Shown here: in pieces, positions 1 through 14,150 of the stretch
How positions within the stretch are numbered: the first letter of the stretch is position 1
Layout: each line of letters starts with the position of its first letter
Assembly: GCA_030141605.1 (NCBI GenBank)
Contig: JAQGDQ010000137.1
Span: forward strand, 310,001-374,000
Reading direction: 5' to 3'
Length of the DNA: 64,000 bases
Source: Tubiluchus corallicola
Lineage: Eukaryota > Animalia > Priapulida
The notes under the pieces: generated by a model
What the model was told of the DNA's origin: nothing
Database searches by the model: none
The model's input: the letters and a program-made list of their open reading frames with translations, nothing else
Translations under genes and position numbers: made by a program

Positions 1-235
1 CCAATGAATGTTGGATATTACTGTGCAACAAAATCATATTTAGAATCAGAAAAACAGCAGTTCACTTATTACAGTAAAAGTTGCTTCAAAGACTGCAAAA
101 TGACTGTTTTAGTACGTGTTCACTATTTGTGCATTCAAGCTTTCAAAAACCTCACGAAGCTGACACCAAGCACAACTGAACATCCATAATACCATCAGTC
201 GCAAACTACCCAAGAAAATTTTTTGTTTTTAATAG

Positions 236-2097
236 GTCAACATTCCTGTACACGTAGCCGATAAGCTATCATCGTCACTAAAACAACGCAAATTGAAGCG
301 AGGACTGTTTCATGATGCAACCATGCACATATTTGTTGGATTAGCACATGAATGGAACAGGTATTTTCTTCAAAGAATTTATCATTTGCTTTAGTCAGTT
401 AAATAATCTATTTTCTGTTTGTGTTTGAGCACTTGACTGTAATTTCATGGTTAATCATTAAAACAAGTTAGTATATGAAGGCAGGATTATTTGTCCAAAC
501 TACCATAAAATTGGTCTAGGCTTCTAGGCTGACAAACCCTTTGCAAGGAAAAATAATATTATGCGATATCCCACTAAGTAAAAAGAAATTAAAGGCAATG
601 GTAAATACAGACATCACACATTTTTACAATTCTAACTTTATATGTAGTCCACACATGAAAAGCTTGAGCCTTTCTTATGTTTTGATTTAAAATTACGACA
701 AGTCTAGAGAGCTTTGTCTCCGTACTGATGAATTCGCTGGTGGGAAATATATCAGTGCTACTGTAGAAATTGCATCATACACTACATATACAATTTATTT
801 GTAACATTTTAATATCTTGTTGGTGGCACCAGTTTTTAACTTACAATTTAGAGATGCTGCAGGCAATACAAATGTAGAATAAGCCTTGCCACAGTTTCGT
901 TGTGCGCATGCGCAGCTACTATAGGTCGTAGGTTAAGTGCACCACAGCAACGTGTCTTAACTACAATTGTCACGTGACGTGTATGTAAGGCAAAGCCACG
1001 TAAAGTGCAGCGTAAGGTGTGCCTTTATATGCCACGTAAAGTGATTTACTAGCAGGATCTTGCCTGGGAAGAAAAAAAATGAACTAGGTAAGGTTCTAGC
1101 TAGCTCTTAAAACTGTTACTATTACAACACCATGGGCTGTGAGGCTTTGTCAACTGTACACAAATGCATTGTCTGGTACACTGAACCTTCATGATCATCA
1201 TGCATTGCTGGAACTGTGAAAAGGCTTATTATACTAAATTGTTTTTAGTGCGTTTTCAATGTGCTTTAAAGATTTTATCCATATTAAGCTCTTAATTTGT
1301 GAAAATATGCAGGTTCTGCAGATATAGTGTGTTGGTGAAGATTGCTAAAGCAACACAAGGATATATCACTGCAACACCTCAACCTGCTTCAGAATTGTCT
1401 CAGTTATGCTTTCTAAACTTTGACGCCAAAAAAATCAAACACGTTGTGCACACTCGTGGTGAGTTCTATTACATTTCTGTTGTGCAAAATCAAATAAGAC
1501 ACCTAAATGAGATAAATTAGCAAATTTGATTTGTTGATTTAATTAGATAGTTGATATAAAGACAATATAAAATCAGAAGTTATGGTACTGCGTGTAATAC
1601 TGCGGTCATGCTTTAACACAAGGTTTAATTGATTAAATTAATTTACCAGATTTAATTGATTTATTATTTTGTAACTGATAAGCATTGTAAATGATTACCT
1701 TTGATTATGCTACTATTATATTTTATTACATACATTTTGAGTAAAAAACATTAAAATAAAATTTATAGAGTAAGACAGCACCGTGGAGATAATGTTTTAC
1801 ACGTGGAAACAAAAGATCTGAAAATTGCTTGGTACACCACAGACATTTTTTACGCGTAAGTCAAAATGTTAACTTATCGGTTTTCAAAGCAGTTTGGCAA
1901 GTAGAATTAACTTACAAAATATTTTTGTAGAACGTGTCCCGAGATTGCAGTTTTCTTTATCTCAAGGAGTCTGCCGTATTAGTAATGCTGCAACAGCAGA
2001 TACTGTGAAGACAGAAGGCCTGCACCAGACGTATACTAAGCCAATGACTGATATTTTTAATCTCAGCAAGTGTAATAGCATAAGCACAAAATTGTGA
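236..2097 (+). CDS. 3' exons of an RGS-domain protein (RGSL1/RGS22-like); 5' part lies outside the window
   Basis: AG/GT-bounded exons 236-360, 1313-1458 and 1931-2097 splice in frame: VNIPVHVADKL...RGLFHDATMHIFVGLAHEWNR|FCRY...|ERVPRLQFSLSQGV...stop. The VNIP...F..A.M.IF..L...W.RFC pattern resembles the C-terminal RGS-like domain of RGSL1/RGS22 as I recall it. Small extra exons cannot be excluded. Confidence 0.6.
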
Positions 2098-2984
2098 TCG
2101 AAGAAAGCTGGTAGTTTTGGAACCATCATTTACGTAGCATGTAGTGTATTTTTAATTAAAAATTACTTTGCTATTGTAATTTTATACAAGAAAAATCGAT
2201 CTTTTTGTATGAATAATCAATTTATTAATTATGTACACCTGATTTATTTTTTAAATAAATATTGTAAACATGTTTTTACTATTCAACTAATGACATAATG
2301 TCAGTTACTGTTTTTATTATTTATTTGTGATGGATGCAAATAAATCCACCCAATAAGTTTATCATTTTGTTAATGGGAAATTATCAAAAAAATCTTTAAG
2401 TTTTAGATATGCCATTAGTGATAGTAAATGCTTTAAATGCTCTAAAAGTACTTCATGTAATTCGTTTCTGGTGGAGGTTTTAAAAGACATTTTTCAATTT
2501 GTACATTTCAAAATTTTAGCACTTTGTCAATTAGTTTGTTCAAGTGCAACTCATTTGTGGAAATTTAATCACTTTCTTCCAAAACATGGAACAAAAAAGT
2601 TCACTATGTTTTCAGTGGAAATAAAATATAACCAAAAATGTAACAACTGGCAAGTTTAGGAAGTTTCAGTTTGTATTACTGAAGACACCTAGATGGTTCA
2701 GCTTCAGTTTTGTTCCAAGCAGAAAGTTTTGGGTTGATCTGTACAACGTCAATACCGATCAGTTGTGAAATTATGAACACATTTGCTAAATTAACCACTC
2801 AGGTACTTTGCAGAAAGAATTCTATCACTCGAAAAAATTTAAACTAGGAGCATATTGTACAGGTTTGTACATAATCTTTTGCTAGAGGTGTGCAAAAACA
2901 AAGAGCACAGCATAATTTATTACCATTAAAGTATTGCTCAAAGAATACCGAATTTATCATGCAGCAACTCAAGAAACTCAAGAT

Positions 2985-3270
2985 CCTCCAACACATCTTG
3001 CAAATGTCTGACAAGTTTATCTGTTCAATGGTATAATTTTTATCATCTTGGCATCCACTCTGTCTTTCAGGATAGCATGTGTTTGGCAATGTTGTGGTCC
3101 AGTGAATTTCTAAGCCACTCTGTACGACCGAAAAATTAATCCAAGAGTTTTATGTCACTGCACCAACCATACCCCTGCAGGCTGAACAAGATCACGGGGG
3201 CCTTCACACTAAATTCGATACGATAGATTTGCAAATGTTTCAGCAACTCCTTGATGTAATAAATTCTTTG
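2985..3270 (-). mobile_element. Degenerate DNA-transposon fragment related to 44850-45350 (piggyBac-like C-terminus)
   Basis: Clear nucleotide similarity to 44850-45060 (CAACACATCTTGCA, TCCACTCTGTCTTTCAGGAT, AAAAATTAATCC). Minus strand reads PERQSG...ICKMC. Confidence 0.4.
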
Positions 3271-3649
3271 AATTATTACCCCAAAATTACGTTCTGTTAT
3301 ATTCATAACAAAATATATAACAGAATTCTCTTACATAATAGAATGTAACTGATGTTCTATAGCGTAATTTGTTGTTTCTGTACCACATAACAAAAGTTTT
3401 TGTACTATCCCATATAACAAAATTTGTTGCAAGAATTGCACGCACATGAGTAAATTTGCATCATGTATCACCCTGAATTATTGGCTATTTACACTAACTG
3501 CCACCCGCTGAAACACACAAAACAGCAACAATCTCACTTTATATTTAATTTTGGGATTAGCTAAACTCCTGTCCTGCAAGTTGATAAAGTACGTGAGCAT
3601 CAAAACTGGGAAAAGAACAATTATTATTACAACATTTGACTTGTCCTCT

Positions 3650-6600
3650 TCAATTTCCACCCAAATTATGTCCTCTTCCCCACTGGTGCCCTCCTCCTCC
3701 TCCATCACCTCCTTGCCTTCTTGCTGTTGGTGGCACTCCGAAGCCTGCTTGGACTCCCCTCTGATTTGGAAAATATTCGTAACTAGGAAAATACAAGGTT
3801 TTCATCAAAAATATGGCTAGTAGTATACACTTGTAGTTTATAGTATCACGAAATTTTTCAAAGTTGTTCTGTTACCTGAAGAGCCCAATATAATTTCAGT
3901 AGGAAATTGAAAACAGAGAAATCAAATCAGCTTACAAAATTTGTGGTGTGTTAAGCCATCGAGGTCCACCAAAATCTTGTGGATATTTAAATGCCAGGAA
4001 AAAATATAGATGTCCGACTAGAATTCCCAGTACATCTGTGAATCCACTGGAAATAACATTAAATTCACTAATAAGAAAGTTATAACATTTACTAATTAGT
4101 TAATCTGCAACCAGAGCCGGATTATGACCTTTTGGGGCCACTAGACTAATGAAATTATGGCCTCCACAGACTGAACCACCCTCTAATTCGCCTGCACCTG
4201 TCTTGAATATTTTTTTACTCGGGACGTATTTTAGTGACATTTACATAGCTTGAACTAAACTTATTTCAAGTTCTTTAAATAAACTAGAATAGATACCTTT
4301 TGTTGGTCAATATAAAACATTCTTTAATAAATACCACTATTTTATTGTATATTGCAAACCAAATTACCATGTATTTCAACACAGATATTTCACGAAATGT
4401 CATCAAGCATGAGAGGTCCTAGGCTACAGCCTACGCTAGTCTATAGAATAATCAAGCCCTGTCTACAACACATGCAAACAAGTAACGAGGTCAAATAAAT
4501 TGAACATTTGCTATGTGGTGTACAAACTAAACTAAATGTAACAAATTTTAATAATTGAGACAGTTACATGCTACCAAAACTCACCCGCCTCTTAAAAGCA
4601 TATTAAAAGCCAAAAGCACCCAAGGTAAATACATTGCCTGAAAAGACAAAACAATAATTCAATGACTTGCTTCCTAAACCACATTATAACCAGTACTAGA
4701 TGCTTAAAAAAATAACTGACTAAAGTCTGTAACAGTGTCATTGTTAATTCACAGTTAGGACAGTATGCATATACTGCATAACTGTATACTGTATGTAAGT
4801 ACATACCTTTTGGAAAATTTAGTTACACATTTTAAAGGTTAGCGTGCATAACTCGTTTTGCTCTTGGTATGGAATTGTATTTGGTTTTGTATTTTTATGT
4901 AAGATGTGTGGAAAATTGTTTAGCAAATTATTGCGGCCTTTAAATTTTATTTATTTTTTACCAATTGTACAGTCTAACCTCGTTATCTCGCCACTGTCCG
5001 TCTAGGGCAAATTTTTGGCGAGAGGCGAGTATGGCGAGATAACGGGAATATAACGAAGTTAGTCTATATGTATATACATACTGTACATAATAGCTGATTA
5101 ACATAGTGTTCCTCTATGTACATATAAAATATATTTCGCATTATGATACCAATCAACATTAAATCAGAAATGAAAAAATGTCATAAAAATAATCTTAGAA
5201 TGTTACTTTTTTATTTAAAAAACTTTTTTCGAGTATACACTTAAATGCAATAAACTTAGCAAAAGATTTAGAAATGTTCACAAATGAGTTACTGACGACT
5301 GAAATAATTCAGAAGAGACGACTGTTTCATTGATGATACACGCAAGCAGTCAACACGACGTTTAATCAAACACAATCCTTGAATATCGTCGCACTAAATA
5401 CAGTAGCAATTTCCTGCTGTGTCTTTGAAGAATTATTCGTATGATAAATACAAATTTCCTTTTTTGTTCAGGATTAAGACAAAACAGTTTTCGCTTCAGA
5501 GACATCATGTAAAGTTGCTCACACTTTGTGGAAACTCAAACTTAAACACAGCTTTGGCGCTTTAGTTTCTCTGTGCATTAACCAAGTACAGCAGCATTGT
5601 CTACATACCGCGGTTATATTGATCGACACGCGGTATATGTACAGTATTGATCGATTCACCTCTGCGTTTGTCTGTTTGGCGAAAGAACGAATATAGTTTA
5701 CATAAGCACTCATCCTAGCATGACGTGGCGAGGGCGAGAAGCGAGCGTGGCGACTTAACGAGGTAAATATCAAAGCAGGAAATCCATCCTGGTACTTTCT
5801 ATGGCGAGAAACGAGTTTGGTGGCATAAAGAGGGGCGAGATAACGAGGTTTGACTGTAGAAACACTGTTATTTGGTTTTTCTAACTGTAATACATATGCT
5901 TTAATGGACTGATTTACTTACTTACTAGTATAGCAGCATTACTAAGTCTATTAACACACTGCAACAAATTGTTCATTGTTTCTCTGCATGAACTTTATGA
6001 CTATTAGGTTTGGTGTTTACAGTCGAGTTAAAATAATTTTTAGTTTGTTAAAATTTTTACAACATTTACAAATACTACAGTTTGTTAAAATAATTATTCT
6101 GTAGCTTTATCTGAGTTATTACATATAGCTGGGTTTCCCAGTTATAGTAGTACTATCGGCAACTGTTTGCAGTGCATATTTGGCTTGGTTCATCAAAAAG
6201 TAATAAAATGGTATTTTTAATCTCGAATTTAACATTTTGGTTTGTTTATAAGAATTACAGCATTTATTAACAATAATTATGAAAACTTACCTTAAATTGT
6301 GTGCCAAACCAAAACTGAACTACTTGATCACGATTAAGTTGGCACCAAACATAAAGTACAGCAAGGATCATCAAATCCATCAAAAGCTGAAAGAAATCGT
6401 TAAAAATTAGTATGCCTAGCAAATCTGTCTAAGTAATTAATAAACATAAGGACAGCAAGAATCATCAAATCCATCAAAAGCTGAAAGAAATTATTAAAAA
6501 CTAGTAGGCCTAACAAATCTGTCTAGGTAACTAACAATTCAATAAATGAATTGTAAAACCTTAAGGTTTTTTGTGCAAAGTGAAAACCGAGCAACAATTG

Positions 6601-8705
6601 GAGAAAGCTAAGAAAATCATTCTTTGATTATATTATGGCACACTGTTTAGGAAAGCCATATCAAAAGTAAAAAAATCTCTATACGTCTTCAATTAAACAC
6701 AATTACAGTGGCATAGATAACTATTTAAACACAGCAACTGCATACCATGACTTGTGCAAGGAGTCCTATTATCTACAAGTATTAATTAAGGAAAAAATAA
6801 TCATTAAAGTAGTAATAAATTAATGTACATAATAAGTGTCATTTATAGAATGCAGTAATTGTTTAATAATTTTTGTCTTCAAAGGATACCACTAAATTCA
6901 GCCAACAAAATACGAGCATGAAGATGTAGTCTGCAGGCCTGCCAAGAAAAGTACCTACAAAATGAAAATGAAATTTTACTATGTATCAAAAGCTGGTGGA
7001 CAATCATCAACAGTGAATGGACATTCGAAAACGAATTCAACGGCCAAAACTAATTAATTTGCTTCTACTAGAAAAATACTTTGTGACAGGTAGTAATGGA
7101 TCAAGCTGGTCAGCAATCAATGGCAAAATAATAAATCCTTTTTGTGACTGGTAAAATAATGTTAATAATTTTTAGAGAATACATTTGTAATTAAGGTTAC
7201 CTCAATAAAAGTCAAAGATAAGAATCTTTTAATTTGCAGTAGAAACTGAAATGAAATTCTTTTCATTTACAATAGAAAAATTTGAATAGATTTCGTAAAT
7301 TAATCAACAGAGTTATTTGGTCCAAAAAACTGAGTACACCACTAAATTTTATTAACTATATTCAGGTTTTTCACCAATACATTTATGCACAACTTGATGT
7401 TTATGGCAATCTTTTTCAGACCTTTTAAAAATCTGCTACTTTTCTGCTTTATGTTATAGACCCGAATCAAATGCTTTGGACGTTCACGAATTCATTGATT
7501 TTAGAGCTGGAAAGCATCAGAGCATCTTATCTGACAGCTGCAGGCTGCCGTGTCTTTCATTACAGTTTCACTTAATTACCAGTATAGCTGGTGCAGTGTG
7601 CATACAAACACAAAGCTCAACTCAAGTTTAGAAGTGTTTCTGACCAAGATTATTAAGTCAGAAATGTATAGTAACACTTATGCAAGGCGGCTTCATCGGG
7701 TTAAAATAGTAAGCCAGTCTATTTCGCAGTTGATATGATTACTTAAAGCTTCAGGTGAAAAAGGCCAAAATTTTCCATTCAAATAAGAAACTGGCACAGG
7801 ATACTTAGAGTCTTAAAGAATCTGATTGCAAATTAGATTCTTAATCTGATTAATATCACAAATAATAAAATACAGGACAAACCTGATTCTAATCGCGTTG
7901 AGTAATTATATAAAAAGAACAGATTTATAAGATAATGAAAGCCAGAAGACGGCGATAATGGGAAGTAGAATAAAGCTGTGACTGGTCGCCATATCTGTAA
8001 AGATAAACCATAAAATTTAGAAATGGTTATAAATTTAAATTAGTGTTTTACAAACTAACAATATTAAAAAAAGTATGACAATGTAACAAATGCAAAATAC
8101 TCAAAACTCAACATTACAGTAAGGTTACATGTTACCAAAGTAAAATAATATTTTTCCAAAGATCATCAATCCTTCAAAATTCAAATAATTACTATAAACA
8201 GGTTTTCATATTTTTCATATACAAACCAAATCTGCTACTCTTCAAAAGTGATTATTTTTTATGTTTTTGCTGCAACATAACAGTTTGTTATTAAAATTGG
8301 CTGAAGCCCGAAACCTCCCACTACTCTTTACAAAAGTGTTAGTCCTGAGTTACCTGGGCCTACTCACAAAGTAAGATGAACTAAAAGTGCCAAATCTTCT
8401 TGAAAATGTATGCTTATTTTTCAAGTATTACTAAAATCACCAGTTTATGAAGTCAATAAAACAAACGACAAAATCATAATAAAAAGAATTGTACTTTGTG
8501 CAAAATTGGACTATTCATTGCACTTCCAGATAAAAGAACACTTTTCTACCTGAAATTTGTGAAAAAGCGGCTCCCATAACAAGATCATCCAGTGAGGATT
8601 AAGAAGTCCAAAGCGACCTAAGAGTGGTACTATTACTGACAAAGCAAACCAGTACCTTGTCACAAATGGGATGCTATTAAACCAGTCTGCTATTTCATTT
8701 GCCAT
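3650..8705 (-). CDS. DERL1: Derlin-1 (ERAD rhomboid pseudoprotease), 8 coding exons
   Basis: Exons 8705-8550, 7994-7883, 6954-6890, 6772-6746, 6386-6291, 4637-4585, 4046-3936, 3782-3650 join in frame: MANEIADWFNSIPFVTRYWF...FQIWRPVTALFYFP...GRPADYIFML...YVWCQLNRD...FWFGTQFKAMYLPWVL...GILVGHLYFFL...HQWGRGHNLGGN*. Contains the WR motif and a C-terminal SHP-box-like WGRGxxLG. Internal exon sizes 112/65/27/96/53/111 match those I recall for vertebrate DERL1. Confidence 0.96.
4112..4461. mobile_element. hAT-type MITE
   Basis: Imperfect TIRs CAGAGCCGGATTA / TAATCAAGCCCTG; 8-bp TSD tctgcaac/tctacaac. Confidence 0.75.
4970..5856. mobile_element. Tc1/mariner-pogo (Tigger-like) non-autonomous element in derlin-1 intron 5
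   Basis: 23-bp TIR CAGTCTAACCTCGTTATCTCGCC / GGCGAGATAACGAGGTTTGACTG, TA on both sides, subterminal GGCGAG repeats. Confidence 0.9.
6773..6889 (-). other. U12-type (minor spliceosome) GT-AG intron, derlin-1 coding intron 3
   Basis: 5' splice site GTATCCTTT at 6889. Branch-site TTCCTTAAT lies just upstream of the AG at 6774-6773, and there is no polypyrimidine tract between them. Confidence 0.92.
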
Positions 8706-10249
8706 TGCATCACAAACACCTACAAAAATAAGCAAAGACATAAAAAACCAAAACTAATGTGAAAAACTCAAAGATCCAAGAGACACATTAGATACTTTGA
8801 GACTGAAGCCCTATCATCTGTCTTCTTGGATGACTGAGGCAAATCTCAAAAGAGTATTCTTACTTCAACTAACATTTTTTTCATTAAAAACTGTAAAAGT
8901 ATTTAATTATTTGGATTTAGCAGCAGACACTGTAATGCTGTACGAGGATTACGACACTATCTAAAGCTCTAAGGTGTCAGTCATTAATGTTCAATCCATC
9001 ATGAAAACATTTAACTTTTTTCTATCTATTTATTGTGACACAAACTCCTAGCAAAGTGCCTGTCAGCAACGAAGTTGCTGCTTGTATATGAAGAGCTAAA
9101 ATATTAGCTGTCTGCCACCTTGGCACAGTTAACCAAGCGGACAACAATATGATATCTGCAACTGCCCGACTGTTCAAATAATTTAAATAGAATTACTAGG
9201 CCGTACTAACACTAATAGTAATATAGTATCAATAATAATTAATAATCATAATGCAAATTCAGTTGAAAATATCAAATGAATCTAAACAAAAATTTGGTTG
9301 ATTTCGAACGAAGAGACAATGTTTCCAAAAACGAAAGTAAAATGTGGCAAGTTACTTCGACAAACTCCTCTTATGAGTTAGGATCATCATTTCAATAACG
9401 TGATGTACTGACACTCAATCCTATGAATGATATTGATAACAGATAATCATACTTGCCTCAAACTTCCTTTCAGTCTGGCAGGAAAGCAACAAAACAGTTA
9501 TAAGACAAGAGTAAAATGAATAGCTGTTGCTAAATTCTATACCTCTTAGACACAACAAATTAATTTTAGAAAACCATATATAAACTACACTGGCTTATTA
9601 AATACAGCAACAAGAAAATCAGCGTGGCGAAAATGCTGTGGCTAGTTACACGATGTTGCAGCCATCTAGCGTCGACACAAGAAAACTGACAGGCTAAAAA
9701 TGATAATAAATCAAATCAAATTTATTTTTATCACAGACATGAAAACAGATACAAAACGATGCGATATATATTTTATAACCAAATAAGATGAGAAGGGATA
9801 GTGAACGAACATACGAATCAGTTATCCCACATCGGTTTTTACATTGTGGGCAATGCCAGACAGTGTTTAACTTATCTGAGGTCTACAACAATGTCTACAA
9901 TCGACCACTCCTCTGCTCTGTCGCTGAATAGCGAATTGGATATGAGCAAAGTACAAAATTAAAAAAAAATGTTATAAGAAGCAACGTTGATTTCAAGCTT
10001 GATATCAAAAGTGTGGGGTGAAACCGTGAAATGAGAGACTTATTAGTGATGGTATAAGGGGAATGATTTTAGTTATCAGAGGTGCGGCCAATGAAACAAG
10101 GAATACATTATCTATAAAAAGTTGATGTGAGTGAGGAGTGAGGACTTTATGGGGTGAGCAGCGGTGGCAAAAAATTGCCAGGTTGGATGTGGGATAAGAA
10201 TGTAGTTGGACCGAAAAAAATTAAAAAATGGAAGAAATATATCATATTA

Positions 10250-10825
10250 CGGTTTGCATACTGATCAATGTCAGAGCAGAGGAGTGATGCGGCCAAAGCC
10301 ACAACAGTTTGCATACTGAACAGTGGCAGAGCAGAGGAGTGTAGCCACAACAGTATTCATACTGAACAGTGACAGAGCAGAGGAATATAGCCACAACAGT
10401 TTGCATACTGATCAGTGGCAGAACAGAGGAGTGTAGCCACAACAGTTTTCACATTGATCAGTGGCAGAACAGAGGAGTATAGCCACAACAGTTTTCACAC
10501 TGATCAATGGCAGAGCAGAGGAATATAGCCACAACAGCTTTCATACTGAACAGTGGCAGAGCAGAGGAGTGTAGCCACAACAGTATTCATACTGAACAGT
10601 GGCAGAGCAGAGGAATATAGCCACAACAGTTTGCATACTGATCAGTGGCAGAACAGAGAAGTGTAGCCACAACAATTTTCATGCTGATCAGTGGCAGAAC
10701 AGAGGAGTATAGCCACAACAGTTTTCATACTGATTAGTGGCAGAACAGAGGAGTGTAGTCACAACAGTTTTCATACTAATCAGTGGCAGAGCAGAGTGAA
10801 GGCACAACAGTTCATGGGCAGAGGA
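10250..10825. repeat. 46-bp minisatellite, about 12 copies
   Basis: Tandem GCCACAACAGTTTTCATACTGATCAGTGGCAGAGCAGAGGAGTGTA units with scattered variants. Confidence 0.95.
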
Positions 10826-13066
10826 GAGAAAAAATTGTAAGCAGTCTTTAATCCGAATGGCAGTCTCACATATGTAAAATTTTCAAATGATGTTGTAATA
10901 TAATAATACATCAACTTTATAAAATAGTTTAATCATCGATATTCTAGTTGTCGAAAACGCTTAATTTTATTACGAAGAATGCTCGCTTTTAATTCCTTAA
11001 AAGCATTTTATATGATTTTAACAATTTAATTTAATGTTTTTAACCTTTTAACTTTACGTAAAAAGCTAGAATTTTTATAAAAATAGGTGGGCGAGCAAAA
11101 CTTGGGCGACTGAATGCCCTGAATTCAATTACTTTCGCATTTTCAACGCAAACAAATAGTGAATTGAGTTTAACTTGTAACAATTTTGTAAATGTTATTA
11201 TTTTATCTTTACGTCGAAAATAATTAAAATAATTAAACAAGTAATTAAAATATACGCCTAATTGTTGATGAACATTACATTTTTTTACAATGATGATATT
11301 TACAATGACGATGAAGCAAGAGTAATTAGTACAGTAATGAAGGTTTACTGATCTAGTATAAGAGACCTTCGTTTTAGTTTTAGGAACGATAAAAGACTAA
11401 AATTAATTAACCTAGCTATTGTCAGGGCTATGTGACTCCTGCTTAGCTAGGCCTTTGGCACACAAAAATTAGCATGATATATAGATCTATGGAAAAAGCT
11501 TAATTCAGCTAATTACATGGCCAGTTGGACACGATGCCAGCTGCACTATAGACTTGAATGAGAATTACATGGGTTATTAATTAATTAATTGATTACGATG
11601 CAAATTTAACACTACGTTACATTCAAGAAATAGTTTGCGAGGGCAAATCATAGCCAGGGTAAAAAAACAGTTTAACTCGAGATAAGCCACACTGGCGTAG
11701 TTCTCAACACTAGTATTCTAGATCGTATAGAGGCAGTATCCATGAATGGCTGCATTTTCTAATATCTTCTTCTCTCATAGGATACTTTGGCATGTGCCGA
11801 ATTTTTGTTCCTACTGCTTCATGTAATTTCATAGTACACGTACTGGACTTTTACACTAGTTATGAAGTTGGACATCTGTGAACTAGTGTTCATTAGAATT
11901 AAAACAGTTTTGTATCCAGTCTTTGCGTTTACAAATTCTCATTACGTTGGGTTAGGTTCTTCAATCTTATAGAGCTTGAGGTACGTGAACTTGTTCGAGA
12001 TGGCAGGTTTGTGACAGTGAATGCTGTCCTGGCCATAGGGATGTTCTAGGTCATTCTCCAAAGGAAATGGCAACAAATGACGACGACAGATTTTTATCCG
12101 ATGGAGAACGGCTCATGTTCTTTGTTATCTGTTTTAGTTTTGCCATTTTTTACAGCCATATGTGAGGTACATAGATGATTATGCACAATTCTTTTGTTTC
12201 TGACGAGGACACTTTATGAACATTGTGATGAGCTGTGTATTCAAAGATAGTTTCTGCAAGCTTAGCCAGTTTACGAGGTGGTAGATTCTAATGCGCTGTT
12301 AAAGCTGCTTTTGCGTCTGCTGATGTACTTGTAATAATTTTTGGTTGGCTAAATCGTTGTCTGCATTTAAGTTTTTCCTTCCAGCTTTCTTTTGTTGCGT
12401 GCTAAAGCTAACTACGGCTCTTGCCCAAGAGATTCTTGGATCACTTCTTCCTCTTTGGCTGCCTCTGCCTCTGGGTCACCAATGAGATTTATGCATTAAT
12501 CTAAAGACACGAAACATTCATTTAGATACCATTGCAAAGTTTAGTATCAAACAAATAACGTAAAAAAACTTTGAAAGAACTAAGAAGAAAGAACTAAGAA
12601 AGAAAGAGCAACAACCAATTCTAAAATGTGTAATTCAGCGTTGTGTTCTAAAAGTTAGATTCCAAATTACTATTCAAAAAATGTGATGGTGAGGCTTACA
12701 TCAAAGTTAACGTTTACATCAAAATTTCCAGCAAAATACTTATTGTCATCACTGTAATACTATGTAATTGATCAACCACTTGGAAGCTTGGATTTGTAGA
12801 ATTGTATACTGAAATAAATTTTATTGGAAAATTAAATAATGACGTTGGAGTTTCTTTGTAAAAACAGGCTAAATAGACAATTATGGTAAGATTAAGGCAT
12901 TGTGATATTTTAGTTAGTTTAAGACTCCCTCGACTAAGTTAGCAAGCCTACTAATTCCTAAATCACAAACAGAGGCAAAAGAAATGCAAATTCAAAAAGA
13001 TTATAAGATGTCAGTGCAGAATGTGGCAGAGCGTAATATAGAGGGAGGGAAGGAGGTAGGTAAACA

Positions 13067-14150
<1,084 letters not shown>

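Noticed and set aside
1770-1855. Possible extra exon of the RGS-like gene
   Set aside because: It has a GTAAG donor, but no acceptor/phase combination preserves the downstream frame.
3478-3820. 76-aa and 89-aa ORFs over the derlin-1 last exon
   Set aside because: Alternate-frame and antisense shadows of the real exon.
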